Part shown: positions 53,056-60,302 of the stretch, one piece after another | How the letters are laid out: each line of letters starts with the position of its first letter | Position numbering within the stretch: position 1 is the first letter of the stretch | Source of the DNA: Acutalibacteraceae bacterium | GTDB taxonomy: Bacteria; Bacillota; Clostridia; Oscillospirales; Acutalibacteraceae | Direction: 5' to 3' | Length of the DNA: 60,302 nucleotides | Assembly: GCA_045221075.1 (NCBI GenBank) | Contig: JBGUWL010000147.1 | Span: 1-60,302 of the forward strand | The notes under the pieces: generated by a model | Told to the model about the DNA's origin: nothing | Databases searched by the model: none | Seen by the model: the letters and a program-made list of their open reading frames with translations, nothing else | Made by a program: the position numbers and the translations under genes

Positions 53056-54216
53056 CTATCCCGCCAGGCTGCGGAACATGAGTCCCGCCACATCACCAAA
53101 ATTCACTTCTTTTATATCTTCTGCGGCAGTGACCGGATATTCAGCTATCCTGTCACTGCCGTTTTTGTATATCAGCTTGCCTATGACCTCCCCCTTTTTA
53201 ACGGGAGCATCAAGCTGTGACGGCAGGTAAATGTCACACACAATGCTGCTGACGCTGCTTTTGCTCACAAGGAGCTGTTTGCTTACATCTGCCGAGAGAC
53301 TTACGCTGTCATCCATTCCGTTCTTTACCGGAAGCTCCGGGGGCATCTCATCCGGAAGAGTGGGAGTATACATTCTGTAGCCGTCAAAACCGTAGTCAAG
53401 AAGCGCCGAGGCATCTGAAAATCTGGCCTTTCCTGTACTGCACCCGAGTACGACCGCGATCAGACTGACCCCGTCACGCTCTGCGGTGGCGCTTATGCAG
53501 CTTCCCGCCTTTGAGGTGGTCCCCGTCTTAAGACCGGTAATGCCCTTGTAGCTTTTCAGCAGCTTGTTGGTATTCACAAGCTGGGTTTTTCCGCCCCTCA
53601 GCTCATCCATCCATATACCGCTGTATTCAAGTATCTTCGGGTGTTTCAACAGCTCTCGTGACATCAGGGCAACATCATATGCGCTGGTGACATGACCCTC
53701 CTCATCCAGTCCGTTGCAGTTTTTGAATACCGTTTCCTTCATTCCTATCTTTTTTGCCTTTTCGTTCATCATACCCACAAATTCATCCTCAGAACCTGCG
53801 ACTGTCTCTGCAAGAGCGACTGCGGCGTCGTTTGCGCTGGCAACAACCGTCGCCTTTATCATCTCGTCTACGGTCATCGTTTCACCCTGCTCCAGCCAGA
53901 TATCCGACCCTCCCATGGAAGCAGCGTGGGCGGATGTGACCACCTTATCATTCAGGTGAAGCCTGCCCTGGTCGATAGCCTCCATCACAAGAGTAAGGGT
54001 CATCACCTTTGTGATGGAAGCGCAGGGTCTCACCTGGTGCATGGCCTTATCAAAAAGCACACGCCCTGTAGAAGCATCTATCAGAACCGCTGACGGCGCT
54101 TCAAGCTCCTTTTCCGTCAGAGCCTTTGCACTGAATGACGGCAGGGATAAAAGAAACACGCTGACCGCCGTAAAAACCGAAAACATCCTCATCACTCTGT
54201 TTTTTCGCTTAATCAT
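53056..54216 (-). CDS. D-alanyl-D-alanine carboxypeptidase (S11, DacA/DacF-like, with a PBP5 C-terminal domain)
   Basis: It has a signal peptide. Active-site motifs are CASITKVMT (SxxK), ASAND (SxN) and KTGTT (KTG). A C-terminal beta domain is present. Confidence 0.85.
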   Translation of the reverse strand: MIKRKNRVMRMFSVFTAVSVFLLSLPSFSAKALTEKELEAPSAVLIDASTGRVLFDKAMHQVRPCASITKVMTLTLVMEAIDQGRLHLNDKVVTSAHAASMGGSDIWLEQGETMTVDEMIKATVVASANDAAVALAETVAGSEDEFVGMMNEKAKKIGMKETVFKNCNGLDEEGHVTSAYDVALMSRELLKHPKILEYSGIWMDELRGGKTQLVNTNKLLKSYKGITGLKTGTTSKAGSCISATAERDGVSLIAVVLGCSTGKARFSDASALLDYGFDGYRMYTPTLPDEMPPELPVKNGMDDSVSLSADVSKQLLVSKSSVSSIVCDIYLPSQLDAPVKKGEVIGKLIYKNGSDRIAEYPVTAAEDIKEVNFGDVAGLMFRSLAG

Positions 54217-54278
54217 CAGACAATTCCCCCCAAAAGGTTTCTGTTGATATATATGCGCGCAGCCGGTTTTGATACTGC

Positions 54279-54320
54279 TTTCTGATTAAAATCAGAAATT
54301 TTTAATCAGAAAGTCGCCGC
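54279..54320. repeat. Partial, diverged copy of element E (first hairpin plus GTCGCCGC)
   Basis: TTTCTGATTAAAA-N8-TTTTAATCAGAAA is a perfect 13-bp stem. C-to-T and G-to-A changes relative to the full copies keep the pairing. Confidence 0.6.
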
Positions 54321-54381
54321 TTGACACATCCCGAAAAAAAGCAGCCATTCCCTGAGGAATGACCGCATAATGTCTATAATA

Positions 54382-54990
54382 TTATCTTCTGGGTTTCTTA
54401 TCCTTTTCGGCAGGGGCGTCAACGCTGAAATCCTGGGAAAGAAATTCGTCTATCTCACGCTTGAGCCGTGCCACAGGCAGACCCACTACATTGTAATAAT
54501 CTCCCTTGATCCCCTTGATGAACAATGCACCCTTGTTCTGAATTCCATAGCCTCCCGCCTTGTCATAGGGCTCGGTGGTGTTGACATACTCTTCGATCTC
54601 CTGCTCCGAAAGAGGAAAAAACTCCACCTCAGTGACCTCCGAGAAGCTTGTATGCTTTCCCATATAATAAAGGCTGCAGCCGGTTATTACCTTGTGTGTC
54701 TTGCCGGAAAGGAGCTGCATCATGGTTCTTGCGTCATTTGTGCTGCGGGGCTTATTGAGTATCTTTCCTTCGATTATAACGGATGTGTCGCAGCCGATGA
54801 CAAGGTATTTGTCGTAGCCCCTTGAAATATTCTCGGCCTTCATGTTTGCAAGGTATTCGGGACATTTTTCAACAGGCAGGTCACGAGGCACAAGCTCTCT
54901 TATGTCTGATGAGATAACTCTGTAGTTGTCATATATAAGTGACAGCAGTTTTTTTCTTCTTGGTGATGCCGATGCAAGTATGATCTCCAT
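54382..54990 (-). CDS. maf: Maf-like nucleoside triphosphate pyrophosphatase (septum formation protein)
   Basis: The N-terminus MEIILASASPRRKKLL and the later GAYGIQ-like GGYGIQ motif are present. Confidence 0.9.
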   Translation of the reverse strand: MEIILASASPRRKKLLSLIYDNYRVISSDIRELVPRDLPVEKCPEYLANMKAENISRGYDKYLVIGCDTSVIIEGKILNKPRSTNDARTMMQLLSGKTHKVITGCSLYYMGKHTSFSEVTEVEFFPLSEQEIEEYVNTTEPYDKAGGYGIQNKGALFIKGIKGDYYNVVGLPVARLKREIDEFLSQDFSVDAPAEKDKKPRR

Positions 54991-54992
54991 AA

Positions 54993-55835
54993 TTATTCCT
55001 CCGTTTTCTGCTCGCTGAGGAGCCTTTTATATATCTCGCCCTTTTTGAATCCGGTAATGCCGGCTATCTCTTTTGAGGCGTCCGAAAGGGATCTGCCGCT
55101 TCTGACAAGTGAAAGGGCCATTTTTACAGCGTCGTCAATCGTCTGACTGCCGCTGTCCTCCTGGGGGGCGCCCTCGATTATAAGAACTATCTCACCCTTG
55201 ATCTCATTATCCGAATACTGTTCCGCAGCCTGTGAAAGTGTGGTGCGGATGACTTCTTCATGTATCTTTGTAATCTCCCTGACGATGGATATTCTCCTGT
55301 CTCCGAAGACCCGGTACATATCCCTGAGGGTCGCCGAAAGCTTGTGAGGAGCTTCATAGAATATCATTGTACGCTTTTCCCGTACAAGAGACAGCAGATG
55401 TTCGTTCCTGCCCGGCTTGTTCACACTAAGAAAGCCTTCAAATGCAAACCGTCCTGTGGACAGACCGGATATCGCAAGGGCGGAGGCCATTGCGGTCGGT
55501 CCCGGAACAACACATACCCCTATCCCCTTTTCGTAACAGAGCCGCACCAGCTCTTCTCCCGGATCGGAAATACAGGGCATTCCTGCATCAGTTACAATGG
55601 CGCAGTTTTCACCGGCAAGTATCCGGGAGCAGATCTCCTGGGCCCGTTCATCGGTGCTGAATTTGTGATAGCTGACCATAGGGGTGTTTATATTGAATTT
55701 ATTCAGCAGTTTAATGGTCACACGGGTATCCTCGGCTGCGATAAAATCAACCTGTTCAAGGGTCTGTATCGCTCTGGGTGAAAAGTCCGAAAGGTTCCCG
55801 ATGGGTGTTCCCACCACAAACAGTTTTCCTGACAT
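54993..55835 (-). CDS. rsmI: 16S rRNA (cytidine1402-2'-O)-methyltransferase RsmI
   Basis: LFVVGTPIGNLSDFSPRAI..L..VD.IAAEDTR is the RsmI N-terminal signature. Confidence 0.92.
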   Translation of the reverse strand: MSGKLFVVGTPIGNLSDFSPRAIQTLEQVDFIAAEDTRVTIKLLNKFNINTPMVSYHKFSTDERAQEICSRILAGENCAIVTDAGMPCISDPGEELVRLCYEKGIGVCVVPGPTAMASALAISGLSTGRFAFEGFLSVNKPGRNEHLLSLVREKRTMIFYEAPHKLSATLRDMYRVFGDRRISIVREITKIHEEVIRTTLSQAAEQYSDNEIKGEIVLIIEGAPQEDSGSQTIDDAVKMALSLVRSGRSLSDASKEIAGITGFKKGEIYKRLLSEQKTEE

Positions 55836-55836
55836 A

Positions 55837-56580
55837 TTATAGATAGGCCTCCTTGTACGCTCCGTAAATATTTATCATTTCTTCAGACAGAGAACCGTTG
55901 TCGTTTTCTATCAGCAGAACGGGTTCCGTTACAAGTCCGTTAGGTCTGCCTCCCCTTCTGCCCTCGATCAGAAACAGCTTCGGGGGCTTTGATGAGCGCT
56001 GCTGAACGAACCTGAGACGCTTTGGTTCAATGCCGTGAGCCCTCATGGAGCAGATCATATCACTCAGTCTTTCGGGACGCTGACACATACAGAACCTTCC
56101 GGAAAAGGTGAGCAGTCCTGCAGCCACTCTGATGATATCATCCATTGTACAACCACCCTCATGGCGGGCAATACGATGGGCATCGGCAGGATTAACTATT
56201 CCGGTACCCGCCGCCTTATAGGGAGGGTTGCACACAACAAGATCAAAGGACGACAATGGCACCTTTCCTCTCAGGTCCATAAGGTCGGAATTAATGACGT
56301 TTATCCTTTCCTCCAGCCCATTGAGAACTATGCTTTTCCGGAGCAGGCGACAGGCTTCCTCTTGTATATCCACCGCAGTAACGGCTTTGGGAACATTGTC
56401 ACGGCTCCAGATAAGTGGTATTGCTCCGCAGCCGGTGCCCAGCTCACAGGCGTTGTCACCGGCTTTCGGTTTTGAAAAATTTGCCAGAAGCACGGTATCG
56501 GTGCCGAATCCATGGTCATCGGACACTATCACTCTTATGCCGTTTCCAAGAGGTTCCTCATGCTCTCCTTTTGTCCTCAT
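55837..56580 (-). CDS. SAM-dependent methyltransferase, tRNA1(Val) adenine37-N6 MTase-like (YfiC/YabB family)
   Basis: It has ELGTGCGAIPL (SAM motif I) and the NPPY motif (VVCNPPYK). It sits next to rsmI, as Bacillus yabB does next to yabC. Confidence 0.72.
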   Translation of the reverse strand: MRTKGEHEEPLGNGIRVIVSDDHGFGTDTVLLANFSKPKAGDNACELGTGCGAIPLIWSRDNVPKAVTAVDIQEEACRLLRKSIVLNGLEERINVINSDLMDLRGKVPLSSFDLVVCNPPYKAAGTGIVNPADAHRIARHEGGCTMDDIIRVAAGLLTFSGRFCMCQRPERLSDMICSMRAHGIEPKRLRFVQQRSSKPPKLFLIEGRRGGRPNGLVTEPVLLIENDNGSLSEEMINIYGAYKEAYL

Positions 56581-56767
56581 TATTCCACCGCCTAAAGAAT
56601 CAGATCATTTCATTTAACAATTATACTTGATTATAACATATTTCTTCCTTTTCGTAAAGACCAGTATAAGCGCCGGCGGCAAGTCAGTGCCGCCATGCAA
56701 TGATAGACGTTTAAGCTCAGGGTCCTTCATTATACGGGGATCGTGATTATCTTTCCGATACTTTGAC

Positions 56768-56823
56768 AAAAAAATCAGCCTGTTCATTTGTGACCGGCAT
56801 AATACCCACAAGCAAACAGGCTG
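56768..56823 (-). terminator. Long imperfect hairpin plus U-run after the beta-lactamase-like gene
   Basis: Minus strand reads CAGCCTGTTTGCTTGTG ... CACAAATGAACAGGCTG followed by ATTTTTTT. Confidence 0.5.
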
Positions 56824-56910
56824 CTGCACTTATTATTTTTGTTTTACGGAGAAAACATTATCTTATCTATAGGATGGTATCAGCTTCCGGCCGTCAGTTT
56901 GTATGACAGA

Positions 56911-58035
56911 TCACAGGCCTTCGCCGCAACCCAGTTCTGTAAGGATCTTTACTATCATCTCATTATATGAGCCCATGCCTACCGTATCAGTTGAGAAGAA
57001 AAGTGTGACTTTTTTGTCCGTATTAAAGTAGTCGGCGGCAATATAGTTATTTATAGCTCCGGGATGGCCGATACCGTTAAAATACGGAACAAACAGTCCG
57101 TAACCGTATTTCTGATCTCCGGAATAATTTGTTGTCATGGCCTTATAGCTTTCTTCAGAAACCACCTTACCGCCGGTAAGAGAATTCATCCATGTTGTCA
57201 TATCCTTTGCCGTGGTGATAATATCACCCGCGCCCTTTGTAATTCCGGGCTGAAGGTCTACGTTTTTATAGGATACTCCGCCGGCCCAGTCGGCTGCTGC
57301 GGCCATCTCAGCAATATCACCGGTATGGTCCATTCCAAGTGGAGCAAAGAAGGATTCTCTGAGATAATCTATGTACTTCTTTCCTGACAGCTGTTCTACA
57401 ATAAGACTGAGAAGGAAATAGTTGGAGTTTGAATATGTATATGCAGAGTCCGGTTCAAATATCAGCGGTGTCTCGAATAACCAGTCCTTGATGATCTTAA
57501 TGTTTTCTTCCTCGGTTTTGTCAACCGACACATCCCTTGCGGCGCTGCCCTCAGTATAGTTCGGAATACCTGAGCGCATTGAAAGAAGGTTTTTTATGGT
57601 TATATTCTTTCCGATCTCATATTCTGGAAAGTATTTGTCCAGAGTGTCATCAAGGCTGAGCTTGTTCTGTTCATTAAGGCGAAGTATTGCGCAGGCACAA
57701 AACTGCTTTGACACGGAACCTACGGGCATGGGAGTATCTATCTTGTAATCATCGCCGTCCTCACGGGTACCGGCTGCAAAGGAAACGATGGGGCCGCCGT
57801 CCTTTTCTACATAAAAAACTCCTTCAAATCCGTAGGACTCAAGGATATCGTGGACAGAGGATTCTTCCGGGGTAAACGAGACAGCATCAGAAGCCACAGA
57901 GGTATCGTCTGCCGACGGAACAGAAGACTGAATTTCTGACTCATCCCGGGAAGTGCTTTCGGTTTTCTGAGCAGAACACGCAGCCAACGAACAGACCATC
58001 AGTGCGCAAAGAATAACGGAAATCATTTTTTTCAT
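56911..58035 (-). CDS. Serine hydrolase / class C beta-lactamase-family lipoprotein
   Basis: ATG 58035 (AAGGAG 8 nt upstream). The lipobox is CSLAAC and the SxxK motif is GSVSKQF. Confidence 0.8.
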   Translation of the reverse strand: MKKMISVILCALMVCSLAACSAQKTESTSRDESEIQSSVPSADDTSVASDAVSFTPEESSVHDILESYGFEGVFYVEKDGGPIVSFAAGTREDGDDYKIDTPMPVGSVSKQFCACAILRLNEQNKLSLDDTLDKYFPEYEIGKNITIKNLLSMRSGIPNYTEGSAARDVSVDKTEEENIKIIKDWLFETPLIFEPDSAYTYSNSNYFLLSLIVEQLSGKKYIDYLRESFFAPLGMDHTGDIAEMAAAADWAGGVSYKNVDLQPGITKGAGDIITTAKDMTTWMNSLTGGKVVSEESYKAMTTNYSGDQKYGYGLFVPYFNGIGHPGAINNYIAADYFNTDKKVTLFFSTDTVGMGSYNEMIVKILTELGCGEGL

Positions 58036-58137
58036 AACGTTCACTCCTTTGATTTGATTATAGCGCCGTCAGAACAAAATAACAATAAACCGGTAATGGT
58101 ATGGGTAAACTATTCTGACATCAGGTAAATCATCCGT

Positions 58138-58968
58138 TTAAAAAAGGGGCTTATTTCTGTCAAACTGTAACATAAAGTCCTGTGAATCTGTCCTGACGAT
58201 CTCGTCCGCAAAACAAAGCAGCGGGATGACCGAGCTTTCCTGATGGAACTTGTAGGAATATATCATCCCGTTTTCTGTTGCCACAAAGCTTTTTGTGGCA
58301 AGCTTTACATCACAAAGCATCTGCATACAGCGGTCTACCTCATCCGGTTCGATCCCGGTATTTTTGCTTATGAGGGATGTTGCGATAGGGGTGTTGAGTC
58401 GGGAATACAAATAGAAGATTATCCTGAGCAGTTTTTTGTTTGAAAAGATCTGAAATACTTTACGAAGCTCCTCAGGATCGGAAAGCTGCTCCTTTATACC
58501 GCTTTTTGGCTCCTTCATCAGAAAGAAATAGCGGAAATCCCTGAAGAGCCTTGTGGTAACCATACCGGAATCGGTCATCAGCTTTGACATATAATCGGAT
58601 CTGACGGATATGTCATCGGGATCAAGCATCTTGCTGAGAATATCGTTGAGAAAATCAATGTCCTGCAGAAGACCTATCTCGGATGCCCAGCAGATCCGGA
58701 ACGCGAAATTATACGCTTCCTCCTGGGACATATAGCACAGCTTCCGGGCAATTGTAAGAAAGGTGCTCTGCTCATCCCTTCCGTATAGGGTGTCTATGCT
58801 GACTTCCAGAGCATCGGCCAGGGAGGGGATAAGCTCGGCATCAGGTGTTCCTCCCCTTTCCCATTTTGATACGGCCTGGGTAGTAACTCCGATGATCTGA
58901 CCAAGCTGTTCCTGAGTGATACCCTTCAGGGTGCGGTATTTTTTTATCTGAAGACCTATTATGCTCAT
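58138..58968 (-). CDS. XRE-family helix-turn-helix transcriptional regulator with a ~200-aa C-terminal domain
   Basis: ATG 58968. The sequence IKKYRTLKGITQEQLGQIIGVTTQAVSKWERG is a classic HTH_3. Confidence 0.8.
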   Translation of the reverse strand: MSIIGLQIKKYRTLKGITQEQLGQIIGVTTQAVSKWERGGTPDAELIPSLADALEVSIDTLYGRDEQSTFLTIARKLCYMSQEEAYNFAFRICWASEIGLLQDIDFLNDILSKMLDPDDISVRSDYMSKLMTDSGMVTTRLFRDFRYFFLMKEPKSGIKEQLSDPEELRKVFQIFSNKKLLRIIFYLYSRLNTPIATSLISKNTGIEPDEVDRCMQMLCDVKLATKSFVATENGMIYSYKFHQESSVIPLLCFADEIVRTDSQDFMLQFDRNKPLF

Positions 58969-59037
58969 AATAATCCCCCGATCAATATTCATTAATTATA
59001 TCCTATCAGAAAACAATGAAATTATCAAGTGTTGTGA

Positions 59038-59300
59038 AACCGGCGACCCGCCGGTGGTGATTTCGTGCTGTCGCTCAACTACGTTTCGATGCGTGACCGC
59101 ACTGGACGATTCGCGACGGTTGCTCCACTAACGTCTCGCTCTGGGCTCGGACAGGAGGCTTTTATTCCCGCGGCAATCATATAAAATATGCGACACTGAT
59201 AAAGCCATAATCGCGGAACAAAACTATCGGATGCCATTGAACCGGAGCGCGAAGTAGGGAGCGCAGGCGCAGTGAAACAAGTGCCCTTGGGGTGCTCTGC
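59038..59300. repeat. GC-rich mosaic repeat block R5
   Basis: About 165 bp (59088..59255) is colinear with 40494..40660 at roughly 80 percent identity. It ends with the inverted motif CGCAGTGAAACAAGTGCCCTTGGGGT. Confidence 0.8.
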
Positions 59301-59394
59301 GCGGCAAATAAAATGTTTGCCTTTCCTAATAAAACATGATATAATAGTTCGGTATGGTAATAACATTACCAAATAATATATTCGGAGGTACAAT

Positions 59395-60156
59395 ATGTCT
59401 GAAGAAAAAATTTTTGAAGAAGAAACAAGAGTTTCGGAAACCGATGATGAATCCGAAGCCGGAAAGAAGAAAAAATTCTTTACATCCAACAGGATCGAGA
59501 TCATTGTTGCCATATTTCTTGGCATTACCGCTCTGCTCACAGCATGGGCGACATGGATAGGCTCTCTCCACGGAGCAAACCAGGCGACAAACTACACAAA
59601 GAGCAACAATATTGCCAGCGAGGGAAATGCCGCATACAACTCAGCCCTGCAGCTGTATCTGTCAGACCTTATGGCATGGAATACTGCAATGGACTATGAG
59701 TTTGAAAAGGAGATCGCACAGCTGAACGGAAAAGATAAAGAGGTTGAGCTGATAGATCAGAAACTGACGGCCTATATCAAGCAGAATTGCAGCGCCATAT
59801 TGCTTGAAGGTCTGACATACATAAATGAAAATCCAGGAAAATATGAATCACCCTTCGAAATAGAAGGACTGACAGACAAGTACTTTACAGAAGCCAACAA
59901 GCTTATTGAAGAGTCACAGGATCTTCTCAAAGAAGGTCAGCAGGACAACGCCAACGGCGATGCATACAATCTGGTCAATGTAATCTACTCCCTTGTTCTT
60001 TTCCTTCTTGGTATTGTAGGTATCTTCAAGAGTCTGCCGAACCGTGCAGTGGTCATGATGATCGCAATTGTCGGAGTGATTCTGGCAGCCATCTATATGT
60101 TCACAATACCCCTTCCCACAGGATTCAACTTCCTGAGCTATTTTGGTCTCGGCTGA
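59395..60156 (+). CDS. Hypothetical membrane protein (acidic N-terminus, TM, helical middle, two C-terminal TM helices)
   Basis: The ATG is preceded by GGAGGT. The TM segments are IEIIVAIFLGITALLTAWATWIG and VIYSLVLFLLGIVGIF / VVMMIAIVGVILAAIYMF. No family assigned with confidence. Confidence 0.6.
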   Translation: MSEEKIFEEETRVSETDDESEAGKKKKFFTSNRIEIIVAIFLGITALLTAWATWIGSLHGANQATNYTKSNNIASEGNAAYNSALQLYLSDLMAWNTAMDYEFEKEIAQLNGKDKEVELIDQKLTAYIKQNCSAILLEGLTYINENPGKYESPFEIEGLTDKYFTEANKLIEESQDLLKEGQQDNANGDAYNLVNVIYSLVLFLLGIVGIFKSLPNRAVVMMIAIVGVILAAIYMFTIPLPTGFNFLSYFGLG

Positions 60157-60170
60157 TAAAACCGGATAAA

Positions 60171-60210
60171 CAAGAACCGTCATCCTTCGGGTGGCGGTTC
60201 TTGTTGTATC
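60171..60210 (+). terminator. Terminator-like hairpin after the last gene
   Basis: CAAGAACCGTCA / TGGCGGTTCTTG is a 12-bp stem with one G-U pair. It is followed by a weak TTGT run. Confidence 0.5.
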
Positions 60211-60216
60211 ATTAAA

Positions 60217-60299
60217 GGGAACCTCTAAAAACCCCATATAAAAAGGAAAAAGCCGCCTAAAGTTGGCGACTTATAATTAGAAATCGAGTAATATTAAAA
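60217..60299. repeat. Right copy of the 83-bp terminal inverted repeat
   Basis: See feature 1..83. Confidence 0.95.
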
Positions 60300-60302
60300 A
60301 AA

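Noticed and set aside
1-60302. Whole window as a mobile element, linear plasmid or prophage because of the terminal inverted repeats
   Set aside because: The gene content is core housekeeping (recG, glyA, rsmE, rsmI, dusB, maf, spoVS). There is no integrase, transposase, replication or phage structural gene. A repeat-induced contig break is more parsimonious.

Overview
This is a 60.3-kb chromosomal segment that looks like it comes from a mid-GC, spore-forming Clostridia-type Firmicute. That origin is an inference from spoVS, ymdB-spoVS and yloV-recG synteny and a Clostridial-style pilus locus. About 40 credible CDSs are present. I could not recognise any rRNA, tRNA, CRISPR, cas, transposase or integrase.

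Left part: pduL, a CBM-like lipoprotein, a family-4 UDG, a metallophosphoesterase, an S11 carboxypeptidase, a Cys-rich protein, a zinc-ribbon membrane protein, ymdB-spoVS and yloV-recG.

Centre (14.8-32.5 kb, all minus strand): a complete retractile type IV pilus locus. It holds 2 major pilins, pilM/N, a pilO-like gene, pilD, pilB, pilT, pilC and 2 minor pilins. Its last gene is a 2183-aa pilin-like ORF with no Glu5. That ORF carries tandem CBM25/26-like starch-binding-type modules, FIVAR-like helical modules and many beta-rich modules. This is my main candidate for an undescribed system: a glycan- or starch-grappling pilus with a giant modular tip pilin.

Right part: glyA, a fused malQ-glgP (1295 aa), pncC/cinA, a CrtO-like acyltransferase, rsmE, dusB, a GT2+TagF-like enzyme, a DUF1015 protein, two more S11 carboxypeptidases, maf-rsmI-tRNA MTase, a beta-lactamase-like lipoprotein and an XRE regulator.

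Non-genic structure:
- A GC-rich mosaic (BIME/REP-like) repeat family fills five intergenic regions.
- A ~155-nt five-hairpin MITE-like element occurs in three full copies and one partial copy, with compensatory stem changes between copies.
- Two orphan plus-strand promoter-terminator units between glyA and its neighbour are candidate sRNAs.
- The window ends carry an 83-bp perfect terminal inverted repeat.

All family calls come from reading the translations and from memory of family motifs. No searches were run.
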